DNA of 64,000 nt from Lytechinus pictus. Taxonomy: Eukaryota. The position numbers and the translations under genes were made by a program. The stretch covers positions 20,338,001 to 20,402,000 of the forward strand of contig NC_087250.1 of the NCBI RefSeq assembly GCF_037042905.1. Direction: 5' to 3'. Under the pieces are notes generated by a model, which searched no databases, had not been told where the DNA came from, and saw only the letters and a list, made by a program, of their open reading frames with translations. Below, in pieces: positions 14,040 through 26,200 of this stretch; the stretch's first letter is position 1, and each line of letters opens with the position of its first letter.

Positions 14040-15802
14040 AGTAGTAGTAGTAGTAGTAGTAGTAGTTGTAGTGGTATTGGTTGTTGTTACTATTGCATCA
14101 GAACTAGTGATATGAAATCTCGTAGATCGTTCCTTTCGTGGATTTTTTTTTTACAAAAATATTATTTGATTAGGGTGTACGATCTAAAGAGGCATGTCGG
14201 TATATCTTTTTTTTTATGAAATTGGCTTAAAGGGGGTAGTGAAATGACTAAAACAATGTGTTGCCTCTCACTGACTCTGAATTATATATAACTAGTCTTC
14301 AAAATATACCTGCTGGAATACTTCCGGCTGAAAAAAAAATTAATAGAGTGAAATTCATCGAGCAAATTTCTGAAAATTTCAAAATGACGAAGTTATTTAA
14401 TCTTAAAGTTTAGAAATATTTTGTGAAAATATGCACGTCCTCATGAAGATTTATTAGGTGAACTCATGATGTGTCCCCCACTTTCCCTCTTCTTATGTTA
14501 TTAAATGAAATAATAAATTATTCAATATTTTCATACATGTGTGTATGATATATCTCCCTTATAAAAGATTAAGTTGCAGCAATGGATATCTAAAGCATTC
14601 AATCAGTTGTCAGTTCAATGTTTATAATTCCCGGAGGACAAAATTTGAATAATCAAAATGTCTTATTATGAAAAACAAAAGAACAAATGGGGAATATGAC
14701 ATCGTCAATTTTCCCATTGAATATTCATGAAAGCATGTATAGAACTGTTTCATAGAAGTCATGCCAATCACTAAAATTTCATAACTTTGTTATTCCTTGT
14801 CCACATTTGACAAAATTGTCAGTGTTTTTATTGTCTGATTTTTGTATACTTAACCTGTTCAAGTCATATCAATTTCAGCCTGGAGAACCCGTTTGATAAT
14901 GCAAAGAATAAATTAACATATTTATTTTCATGGAGAAGCTAAAACGTTTTGGAGAGAAAAAAAAGTACAGTGTATATTTTTTTGCGCCTTATGAATATCC
15001 ATATGATTATATTATTATTATTGAAGGTTAGGTAAAAAAATAAAGCAACATCACACGATCATGTTTCTTTGTCGATGTAGGTCAATGTACAATTATATTG
15101 ATTTTTTTAATAAAAAATAATTGTGAGTTCGAATCATTTCGAAGCTTCCACGCCCAGCAGTATGCCTTGCAAACGGGTGTAATGAAATATTCAATGCAGT
15201 TGTAGTTATCATGGTTATGAGAATAGGCGTTCACCCGTAAAAACACGGGCAAACATGCAAAATGAATACAAACAATATCATTATTGTTATAGGCATGAAA
15301 AGCGTAGTCAGAACGTCATTATTTTCAAGGGTGAAAGGGGCGGACGCAACCTGGCCGGCGACGTAAGTCGAAAGCAATCTTAAACATGTTAGGGATGATC
15401 ACTTGTGCTCACGAGAATAAGAAATGAGCAACGTTATTTGAATATTAAGCTCGTGACTTCAATCCGAAGTGTAAAGGGACCCCAAAGTTTCTGGCAAATG
15501 AAAACTGTAAGACGAACCGAAATATGTTTTTAAAAACTACTAGCCTCGATGATACTGCAGTGAATTCCCCTCTCTATCTTTCCATTATAATTATCTCTCA
15601 AAAATCAACCACTTTTTTATCAAGGCACTGTGGACCAATCTCTCTGTTAATCATCAGACAGAAAAGACATGTAAACTTCTCAATTTTATTTACAAAACGA
15701 CATTTACTGAACATATACAGCAACCCATTTCTCTTGGCAAATAATCTAATAGCCGCACTGTTTCTTTCCTGTCCTATCTCATGCCATTTGTATATCTATA
15801 AT

Positions 15803-15915
15803 CATTGGCGGCGGAGCAGAGGATTATCTTTTGTGTTTGGGGGGGGGGGGGGACGCAACAATAGGCGTCCCCCCCCCCCAAACACAAAAGATAATCCTTT
15901 GCTCCGCCGCCAATG
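15803..15915. mobile_element. 113-bp near-perfect foldback hAT-like MITE
   Basis: CATTGGCGGCGGAGC...GCTCCGCCGCCAATG with an exact 8-bp TSD, TCTATAAT. Confidence 0.9.
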
Positions 15916-16107
15916 TCTATAATTATGAATGCTTATGAAAATTGTTTTGGGCCATCCAAACAAGCCTGATGAGCTTTCATTAGGTCTACCACTATTTTGA
16001 AATGTATTGTATATTGCTTTGTATATATTTTGATTTTGTGGAAATGAATGAAATTAAATCTCTCTCTCTCTCTGTCAATCCTTCCATCTCTGTCGATTTA
16101 TCTGACT

Positions 16108-16428
16108 CATGGACGGAAATCCCAGGGGGAAAGGGGGACGTGTCCCCTCTACACAAAATAGTATGGGGGACACAATATCAAATGTCCCCCTACTATTTTC
16201 GGTCTTTTATGATGGAAAAAAAAAAATTGAAATAAAACATGTATTTTGGACGAGAAAAACCTTACTTATTGGGTGATAACCTTTTTTTTGTGCTTGTCGT
16301 TTTTATTTTGGTCGAAATGATCTTACATTTGGGGTAATAACCTTTTTTTTTCTTTTTTCTTTTTTTTTTGCTTGTCAAAAATTCCAGCCCCTGGTCCCCC
16401 TTCCTTTGGAGACAGATTTCCGCCCTTG
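16108..16428. mobile_element. hAT-like MITE
   Basis: CATGGACGGAAATC...GATTTCCGCCCTTG with an exact 8-bp TSD, ATCTGACT. Another copy starts at 63902. Confidence 0.85.
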
Positions 16429-17563
16429 ATCTGACTTTCCCCCTGTCCCTATACCCTGTCTCCCGCGTTATCTCTTCCGTTCTCTGTCTCTCTCTTCTTT
16501 TTTAAATCCCTCCTTCTCATTCCTCTGCTCTCTAATTCTCCCTCTCTTTACCCTTTCTCTCTCTTATCCTTTCTTTCTTCCCTCTATCCCTTTGTCTCCC
16601 CTTTCTCTAACCTTTTTTAAAAATCTCTTTCCCTCTAATTTCCTTTCAGTTCTCCTCTCCTTTCTCTCAACTTCTCTCCCCCTTTAGCCCCCTCCCTTTT
16701 CTCCTTGCTCTCCCTCACGCATGTCACACACACACACACTCTTGTGTACGTTCCACTATCTTTGTCGTGCCTATACCCATTTTCTCTTTCATATATATTT
16801 TTTTTCAATTTGTTTGCGCTAGGTTCAATATTGTGTAAGGGATAAGGTTCAACGAGCAGGTCAAATATTTTCTTTTATTCTTGATTCAAAAGTACTTCGC
16901 ATCCTGCAACGGAAGGGTGTAATACACCTTCTGCATGATTTCATTCTTCTCTTAAATATGCGAGATATGCATATTGAATAACAACTCTATGGATATAGTA
17001 ATATTGACTAGTTAGTACCGTGTTCTGTAGTATGAGTACACCTACTTCAGTTTAAATATATATAGGATAATGTTTTTAGAGGGAGGGGGTACTTAGAATG
17101 CGAAGCAAAATGGATTCTTGTGTAGCAATCACCTAGAATTAATAGACTTAAGTTCACGATAAACTAACCATTGATTAAAAAGTTTATCACTTTTATTAAC
17201 ATCCATATACATTTATGATTATACTTGCTTACACTCTAAAAAATGAAGTGCTAATTTAGCACTTTATGTCCTTGTATAGTGACTGCACTTTGAGTGCTGA
17301 TTTAGTTATTCAAATTTGAACTAGAAAATCGGCATTCAAAGTGCAGTCACTATACACTGTTAGAAAATTTATCCTTAAAATAAAAGAAGTTCCTGCAGCA
17401 GAGTCTCGAGAACACCTGTAATCTTACCAGATGCGTAATCTTACATTATATCACGTAAAATTACAGGAAATTGGTATTTGATGTATGGAACCTTACAAAT
17501 GTCCTTAAATAAAACACCATTTTCCCCTTTTTAAACAGACCTGTTCTGTTAAATTGTAAAAAG

Positions 17564-18414
17564 ATTCCTGTTTTATGAATTCACAGAATGATTCTGTTAT
17601 TGCTTTCTGCAAAATCTTGTTTATTTCTGTAAAATTGGGTTTTTTTTAACAGTGTACAAGGACATTAATGGTAAATTAGCACTTCAAATTTTTAGATTGT
17701 AAATAGTGCTAACACTTGCTTTATGAGAATTCCCTAAGTGCTCTACAGTAATGCAACATAAGATCTATCATAATGTAATGATCTTACTGTGATAGCAAAA
17801 TACGGATGCTTCAAATCGACACAACTGAATACATATTGAGAGTAGGTTACTCCATTGGTACAGGGTGTAATTGCGACTAGGTCTAGTGTTGCGTGCGCCC
17901 CCTCTCTATTTCTCTCCCCTCCCCTCTCTCCCCATATATGTATATGTTCCACTCTCTCTGTTTCTCTCTCCAACCATATCTTTCATTCCTGTTTTATGAA
18001 TTCACAGAATGATTCTGTTATTGCTTTCTACAAAATCTTATTTATTTCTGTAAAATTTGTTTTTTTAACAGTGTACAAGGACATTAAAATGGTAAATTAG
18101 CACTTCATTTTAAATTTTTAGATTGTAAATAGCGCTAACACTTGCTTTATGAGAATTCTCTAAGTGCTCTACAGTAATGCAACATAAGATCTATCATAAT
18201 GTAATGATTGTACTGTGGTAGCAAAATACGGATTCTTCAAATCGACACAACTGAATACATTTTGAGAGTAGGTTACTCCATTGGTACAGGGTGTACTTGC
18301 GACTAGGTCTAGTGTTGCGTGCGCCCCCTCTCTATTTCTCTCCCCTCCCCTCTCTCCCCATATATGTATATGTTCCACTCTCTCTGTTTCTCTCTCCAAC
18401 CATATCTTTCATTC
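17564..18414 (+). repeat. Direct tandem duplication, ~421-430-bp unit x2
   Basis: 17564-17984 is repeated at 17985-18414 (near-identical ORFs 17743-17973 and 18169-18399); ATTC microhomology at the junction. Confidence 0.92.
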
Positions 18415-18960
18415 TCTGTTTACTCCAACCTCAGCTTGCCCCCCCCCCCCCCTCTGCCCCTCCTCGCCCTTGCTCATTCTCTTTGTTGTTAAGGTTTCCT
18501 GTAATAATGTAATAGCCGGTTTTGTGAAATGTTAACTAAGGTCCAGGATATTTCATTACGAGTAAATCAGAAAAATGAAACGATTTCTGTGTTAGTCCAA
18601 TAAGTATTTTTGCCATTTTCCCATTCAGGTCTGTCACTTTCGCAATTTTGAGATGGCAACAGTTCTCATTTTATTGAATTCTGTTATATTATTATGTTTC
18701 CGATTGTTTTGTAATTTTATTGTTGAACTTGAAATGACATAAATCATATCCACCAATCAATGAACTAGAATGCCTGCTGTCTCTGTTAACCACTTACACC
18801 AAATACATTACCACCTTTTGACCAATCAGAGGTCTGCATTATTCGAAATTTTTAAAGAGAAGTCTTCTTTTTTTTAAGTTTTATTCATCTTCACTCTCAC
18901 ACTATTTTGTGATATTCTTGTCCCAGGTTTGACTGCTACGGATAATAACCACCAACGAAG

Positions 18961-19119
18961 ATGCGTTTCAGACAGAAGTTCTTAGGTTTTAGTGGTGGTG
19001 CGATGGCAGTCTTGGGACTCGGGCTCCTCATCTTAGGAAAAGATACCGCCTATCTGGCCCAAAGTACTGCACCAGTAGTGAACGGAGCAGCGGGAGTCCC
19101 GATGTGGTGTGGTCTTGTG
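18961..19119 (+). CDS. MS4A-like paralog B, coding exon 1 (exon starts at 18927 after a CAG acceptor)
   Basis: ATG 18961; GTG|GTGGGT donor; 53 codons. Confidence 0.85.
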
Positions 19120-22100
19120 GTGGGTACCACGTAAATGTGTTTGTTTTTGTTGTTTATTTCTGGGTGTATGTTTGTTTGTTTTACTTTTACCATGCATAAC
19201 AAAAACAAATTGACAGAATATAATGTTACATTGAAAATAATTATAACCATGATAACTAAGCATAAACAAAATAGGCCCCCATGGAAGACCAGCCGCACGT
19301 ATAATTGGTGCAGCTGAATATGGGTTATCCAACCGTCTTTTGTCTTAAGTTTGATCTCTTAACTTTCTTAACATGTTTCAATCATATTTTTTCTCTCTTT
19401 TAATCAATGTTTAGATTTTATTTCATTATGTATGTATATGTTACTCCTTGTATCTCTTTACATGTATTTATATTGTTATGTATTTTTTATGACGGAAATA
19501 AAACAAACAAACAAGGCTTGAGGTGCAGTGTCCCTTGAATAACAATGTAGGTATAAATAACTCGTTTAACTAAAACCAGAACAAAAAATAAATAACCCCC
19601 CCCAAAAAAAAAATGTCCCTATAGCATATTAAGATATAGACATCATTCGCATCTTAAATGAAATAGAAAACATCATCATTCACCCCGATTATAAAGATTT
19701 TGTGTGTGTGTTTCAATTCCATTTAATTCAATTCTTTATTTTCATTTCCATTCAAACATAAATGCAAAGTCATATTAAATCAGATACAAATTAACAGAAA
19801 GACATTTTTGAATAGCAGTATAAAGTAGAGCATATGGAAATTGAAATGGGGTGGAGGGGTTCCACTAAAAGTAATGCATGTAAAAATAATTGGGTAATAT
19901 TATTGATAACATGCGTATAATAAGATGAAAAGGGGTGGAAAAGAGGAATAAATGAAAAGGTAGAGATTAGACTTCGGTAAACAGTATTTTGATTTTTTTT
20001 TTACCAGGTGGGTGTTTCATAAAGCTGTTCGTAAGTTAAGAGCGACTTTAAGAACGACTGGTGATCCTTTCTTGTGGTAACTGGTATATTCATTGGCGAT
20101 GGTTTAGCGCGTAAGAAAGGATCACCAGTCGTTCTTTAAGTCGCTCTTAACTTACGAACAGCTTTATGAAACGGCCCCCAGATGCAAGTTTAGTCGCACG
20201 GGGACAAGGGTCCCGTAACGCAAATATTAGATATTGATTGTACATTGTAGTCAACGCAATCAATCGTAAAGATATTCTTCTACGATGATTACTAAGCTTT
20301 GTTTTACGGGACCCGGATCCGTTCATAGTGCTGAAATTCACAATTTTTTATCCAAAATGCTGTAACCATGTGGTAACACTATAGCCCAAGATCTCTACAC
20401 AGCAAAAACTGTGGTGTTAACCGGTGTACATAAAGGACCACACCAGTTATTTTACACTGGTGTTGAATTGGTGGTGTTAGTTTTACACATATAGGTGTCA
20501 TAACAACACCTTTGGTTGATACATTTACACGCTTCGGTGTTATTTTTAATCTCTAGGGTGTAATTTTAACACCTCACGATGTGGTCCTCTATTAACACCA
20601 ACTGGTGTCAGTTTTAACACCGCAGTTTTTACAGTGTACAACTCATGATATCTCGTTACACAGGATGCCACTGTCATCATTTTATGATAATTATGTTGCC
20701 CGCCATTGCCAATTAAAACAATGAATAATTATCGCTAGTATATTTTTATATATTTCGAGAAAAAATGCATTATTGATCCGAAAATTCCTCCCTTATTAAC
20801 ATAATGTGTTTTTCCTTTTTAATTTTCAAACCAAATTACGTTATAGTCCCATTTTCTCTTTTATACCAAAGTAGGGGGGTATGTATACCTTTTTCAGGAT
20901 ATTCTTTATGTCATGTACATGTATGTGGAAAATGGTAACAGGTCCCGAAAGTTCGGTTCTCCTTTAAAAGATGAAAAATGGAATGATAACAATGATAATA
21001 AAAAAAATGAATATATCACAAACTACCCCTAATATATTTTTGTTTTTCTTCTTCCAATCTCTTCTTGTGTAACACATTTTGAGACTCTTATTGTTTAATT
21101 CTCCTTTTTTCAATATCCTAGATCATTTTGTGTGGGCTGGCAAACATAGTTGAAGCTTTTGACAAACCTAAGAAGCCAGGCAGATATTATTATGAATTAC
21201 CGGTAAGTAAGATATCATATTTTTTGGATTAGTTTGCTGTTGTTGATTTTATCTGTGATGATTAGTTTGTTTGTTGTTGTTGTTGTTTTGTTCTTAATGA
21301 AAATTCTTGATCTTGATTGATATTAAAAATCAGTATCAGTAAAGATCTGGTATTCAACTAATTTCAATTTAATCCATTTACTAATTTCAAGATGTTCCAA
21401 TACATTTTGTACAAGGGTTAGAAAAAACAGGTAATACCTTAATATTACGCTTGTCGAAAAATATTAACATTTAATCTAGCCATCTAGACCGACAGGTGTT
21501 ATATTAATTTGATATTATACGAAAGCGAACTGGAAATTAGAAATGTGGTGATTGAGCTATATAAATGGCAATTATTCCGTATGGTTAGTAGATGACCTGG
21601 TTGTAGACGACGTAAGATGTTGAAGGTTAGACCATGCTAGATGAGACCACATGGCCGTATGCATTGGGGGCTGGGGCAGATGCCCACCCCAGACATTTTG
21701 AAAAATTACATTCTTTTACAGAAAATTTTCAAAAAAATCACAAAAAGTGTGCACCAAATCGTTCAATTTCACTCTATAAAACGCAAAACAAAGCACCCCC
21801 ATGACAAGCTCGCTCTCTCACTCCGGTGTTCTTTGAAAATTGTTAGGTGCCCCCCCCCCCGCCGAAAAAACATTATCTGCTTACGGCCATGTGAGACTAA
21901 ACAGTAGGTATACCTATCGGGTGTTCACCAAGGGTCAGTTTAACCTCCATTCTTGTTTTTTTTCAAACAGTTTTCCATGACAGTCTTCTTAGCTAACTTC
22001 TTAGCCCTCGCCGTTTCTGCAGTCTGCATGGGTCTCCTTTCCTGGTCTCTCTACCTCCGTTATCTCGAGCCTGCCGTGACGGATAATACCAGGGACCAGG

Positions 22101-23201
22101 CCAATGTGGGCCTGTATTCAACTATCATCGTGGCAAGCTGTCTGATCTTCATCTTTGCCCTGATGGCGATGTTTGTCGACTGCTGCATCAATGGATTCAT
22201 CGGATTCGGGGGACCGATGGGGGTGCCGCCCCCTGATGTAAGTGACCCCACTCGCTTGGGTATTTTGATTAGCGGGGATGGGGTAACAGCGAGATTATGT
22301 TATGATGCCATGTTTACTCTCCCCCCCCTCTCTCTCTCTGTTTCCATTAAATAGAAGGGGTAAATGGGGGGGGGGGGGTGAACAGAGTGGTTAGCCTTTT
22401 GTAAGTTATTAGTAGACCATCATAGACGGAACTTATTAGCTATTAAGTGCAGGCATATTGACAATCTCTGCGGCGTCAATTTGTGCAAGCTGCGACAATC
22501 TTTGCAGTGTTGTTTTGGAAAAATTCTTCACAGATTGACGCCACCGACATTTTGTGCAGCAACAGGCTTATGGATATTTTTCGAAGGACGTGAAGGTCAA
22601 ATAAATGGAATAGTCGCCACTACCGCTTCTTTATTTGGATGATTCGCCAGTTGCTTGCCGGTGTCGTTTTTCGTTTCAATTGGCGCAAATTAACGATAAG
22701 GACAAAAAAAATACTCGTGAACGTTTCTCACAAACCACGATGCCTTTTCTTCGTGCTATTGTTAAAAAGTAATCGTCACGCGCGAACAAGCTCTGCACTT
22801 CCTTCGTACATTTGTATACAACCCCCCCCCCCAAAAAAAAAAAAAAAAAACCCAAAAAACATGAGATTTCCATATGGACAACACAGGAATTGTCTTTGGA
22901 CTCACCGCCAGGACAGATTCGAAAAGTTTGTCATTCACAAAATATTTGGTCTCTCATATAAAACAACACTGTCTTGACCAATAGCTTTGCTCACGGTATC
23001 AAATCGTTCAACAACACATTTTCGAGATATATTAGATAATAATTGCTGAATTTTGATTTCCTATATTCTTGGCTCCTTTCTCCTTTCTATTTGAATTTTT
23101 TGATAAAAATCATGCTTTTATCATTTCTTTCTTCCTCGCAGGTCCAAAGGGAATCACCTTATGATACATATAACAGTCGCCCAGCCATACTCTACAAGTA
23201 A
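18961..23201 (+). CDS. MS4A/CD20-like four-TM membrane protein, paralog B, complete, 188 aa; join(18961-19119,21122-21202,21971-22237,23142-23201)
   Basis: Four phase-0 exons with canonical splice sites: MRFRQKFLGFSGGAMAVLGLGLLILG...GVPMWCGLV | IILCGLANIVEAFDKPKKPGRYYYELP | FSMTVFLANFLALAVSAVCMGLLSWSLY...LYSTIIVASCLIFIFALMAMFVDCC...PPPD | VQRESPYDTYNSRPAILYK*. Four hydrophobic segments, GxPxWxG motif and CC after TM4 are typical of the CD20/MS4A family. Confidence 0.88.
20008..20178. mobile_element. ~170-bp hairpin MITE (PIF/Harbinger-like ends)
   Basis: GTTTCATAAAGCTGTTCGTAAG inverted ends. Copies at 25776-25946 and 42143-42313, plus a split copy at ~34625-36740. Confidence 0.8.
21122..21202 (+). 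CDS. MS4A-like paralog B, coding exon 2
   Basis: TAG acceptor, CCG|GTAAGT donor, 27 codons. Confidence 0.88.
21650..21891. mobile_element. hAT-like MITE in MS4A-B intron
   Basis: CATGGCCGTA...TACGGCCATG ends; TSD TGAGACCA/TGAGACTA. Confidence 0.75.
21971..22237 (+). CDS. MS4A-like paralog B, coding exon 3 (TM3-TM4)
   Basis: Lies inside ORF 21953-22354; CAG acceptor, GAT|GTAAGT donor, 89 codons. Confidence 0.9.
23142..23201 (+). CDS. MS4A-like paralog B, last coding exon
   Basis: Strong pyrimidine tract plus CGCAG acceptor; 19 codons then TAA. Confidence 0.8.
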   Translation, partial: VQRESPYDTYNSRPAILYK

Positions 23202-26200
23202 ATGGATGTTCTAGTTCAAGCCGGATTCATAAATCATAATGGTACTCATATAGGGTCGGATCTAACCGGAGTCGCTTATCCGGATATCATCGATTGCCTC
23301 TATGCAACGATGTGAATTTATAAATTGCTATACATTATTGTTAGGAACATGGATATGAAAAACAAAACTGTGGCAGAGGTTATGTCAAAATTAATGGGGG
23401 CGTAGGGAGGGGGGGGGGGGGCATTGAGGGCAAAAAGAATAGGAATGAAGAGGGATACTTGCGTTTTTGTTTATGTGATTATTTTTTTTCCCCGTATAGA
23501 TAGCGAAATGCAACAAAGTAAGACTTTAAACAGATACTAATCCGAAATATGGCGATTCGGACTGACAAAGAAAAGATTGGCTTGTGCCTTCACAATCGGG
23601 TTATCATGATTGTGTCTGGTCGGGCAATTTGCGTGACCCGACCATTCGAGAAATAGGCCCCCTACATTCCTAAAAGGTCGGTTGCAATTTACCCTACCCT
23701 TCGTATATTTGGCTTTTAATTTTCACAAAACATCGAGTAAAGTGGACCCGAACGTTCTTATTGGAGATGCATACACTTTACCTTTAGGTGTTAAAAAGCG
23801 ACGCCAGTTTGGTGTACCAATAGGACCACGCCCTATAGATTTAACATAGCACCAAAGAGTACCAACCACAGGTGTTGTCATAACATCGTGTGTGTTGAAC
23901 TGACACCGCAACATTAACACCAGAGGTGTAAAATGTATGGTGTGGTCCTAATATGTAAACCGGTCAAGGACACAGTTTTCGCTATGTACACTGCTCAATG
24001 TTGAATACTGCCGTAGAGCTCAAAAAATAATTTGGATATAAAGCTATTTATGGTATTTAACCAAATGTGAATAAACAATGATATATATACAGAAGAGTTA
24101 ATTTAAGTTTATACAGGACCTAAGCATCAAATTAATTGGTTAATTAATGCTACGGTCACGAATACCTTTCCGAACACCATACGAGCAATTTTATATCATT
24201 GATGTTATGTACATGGTGTGGGGGGGGGGGTATACAAATCGGTGTACATGTATTGTGTTCATGAAGGCATTTGTGACTGTGGCATTAAAGAAGTTTCTAT
24301 GAGTTTGCCAATTTTATTTCCTTTCGATTCAATTTTGACTATTCTTCTTACAAATCGGGGCCTCGTCTTACAAAGAGTAACGATTGATCCGGTCAACCTC
24401 AGCTAAATGGAAATTCATCAATTGCATGATTTCTACTACATTAAATTTGCGCAATGTCCTATGTAAATAAAAAGAAACACATTGAATTTTCAAGAAAACA
24501 ATGAATATACACATCATATCTGTAAAATATCTTAACAAACATGCAGTTTAGATGGTGACGTTGCTGGCTTTCCATAGTTGAGGTTGATCGGATCAATCGC
24601 AACTCTGTGTAAGATGGTGCCCAGGGGCTCGTTGCAGAAGAGATGTAATCAAAAACATCTCTTAAAAAATCAATCGCTAAATCAACTCTTAATAATCAGC
24701 CAATAAAAGACTTTATTTAGGAATCGTGCCTGATTTCTTTAGTTGCGATCAAACGCAAATATTTTTTGCAACGAGCCCTTGGAGAATTTATTTTGTTAAA
24801 ACTTAAGCAGTTGGGATTGCATAGGCTGTTAGGTAATAAACTATTCTCTTATTAAAGCCTTTTCATGGGATATTGAATTTTCAAGTTTGTAATTTACAGT
24901 TTAATATTTTGTTTTCTTTCTTAGTGAATTCGTCTCGAAATGTGTACCGTTTGTCTTTCATGTCTTTCAAACAGAGATTTTCCACTGTAAATTTAATTGT
25001 ATAATCTTAAAAGGGTTACGTATTTCATTTGTCATGTAAATCGCTGTGCATACATGAATGTATACCTGAATTGAAGAAAGTCAATTACTAATGTTTTGTT
25101 TTAATTGGCAAATTTGAAAAGGCGACGAAACACTTAATTCAGACTTCTGATTTATTTTCATCACGTCTTTTGAAAAGATTAACGTATTTATTCCTGTTTT
25201 TGGAAACAAATCTTTCCATTAACGACATCTGATTAGCAGTGTCATATTGAGCAAGAACAATCATTGTGACCTTTGTAATACAAAGATTCTAATTTGGTGA
25301 TAGACTTTTACATGATATTCAGAAAGTGAAATCACATTCACCAATTTGTTTCGTTATCTCCTCTTTATAATAGTCTTATTTTTGTCGGGGGGGGGGGGTC
25401 CATTCCCCCAGAAGCCACCCCACCCCCGTCTGCACACCAGAGAATCAGACATCTATTAATATCAAGAATTCTCATTGTACTTTAAAACTTATAATCATGA
25501 CAGATTTTCAATTGTATACTAGTATGACATTTTAAACTATATGTTTAGTTTATTTATATCATTGTATCTATTGTATCTTGTACTTTTACAGTTTACCCAT
25601 TTTTCAAATAAATCTAAAACTATTCTTGTTATTTGCGTTTAAAATAGGACTTGTACTCTGATAGTATCACGTATTCATTAATCACGAAAAGTTTAATTAT
25701 AATGAAAGAAATAATACTCAGTCTGAGTTCATTCCAAACCCTTTATGTTTTATGTTTCGTGCTTCACCATACCTGGTGGGTGTTTCATAAAGCTGTTCGT
25801 AAGATAGGAGCGACTTTAAGAACGACTGGTGATCCTTTCTTGTGGTAAACGGTATATTCATTGGCGATGGTTTAGCGCGTAAGAAAGGTTCACCAGTCGT
25901 TCTTAAAGTCGCTCTTAACTTACGAACAGCTTTATGAAACGGCCCCCAGTTGTATATACATACTCAATGATCGTTCAGTAAAATTCATTACTATTTTTTA
26001 GTACAAAATCTGTTGAAAATAAAAACATATTCTATTGATTAAAAACAGTGTACTACATACAAGTAGAAACATGAGTAAATGCAGTTATTTTTTTGGAAAT
26101 ATTTTGCATTTCGTTTGTCCCCGTGTCAATTATAGAGACTCTTGGACAGTCAAACGTTTTGGTGAGCAAAGAGATAGTTGTTGTTGTTGTTGTGTTGATT

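Noticed and set aside
22238..22354. C-terminal extension of ORF 21953-22354
   Set aside because: Read-through past a consensus GTAAGT donor; the exon at 23142 supplies a clean terminus.
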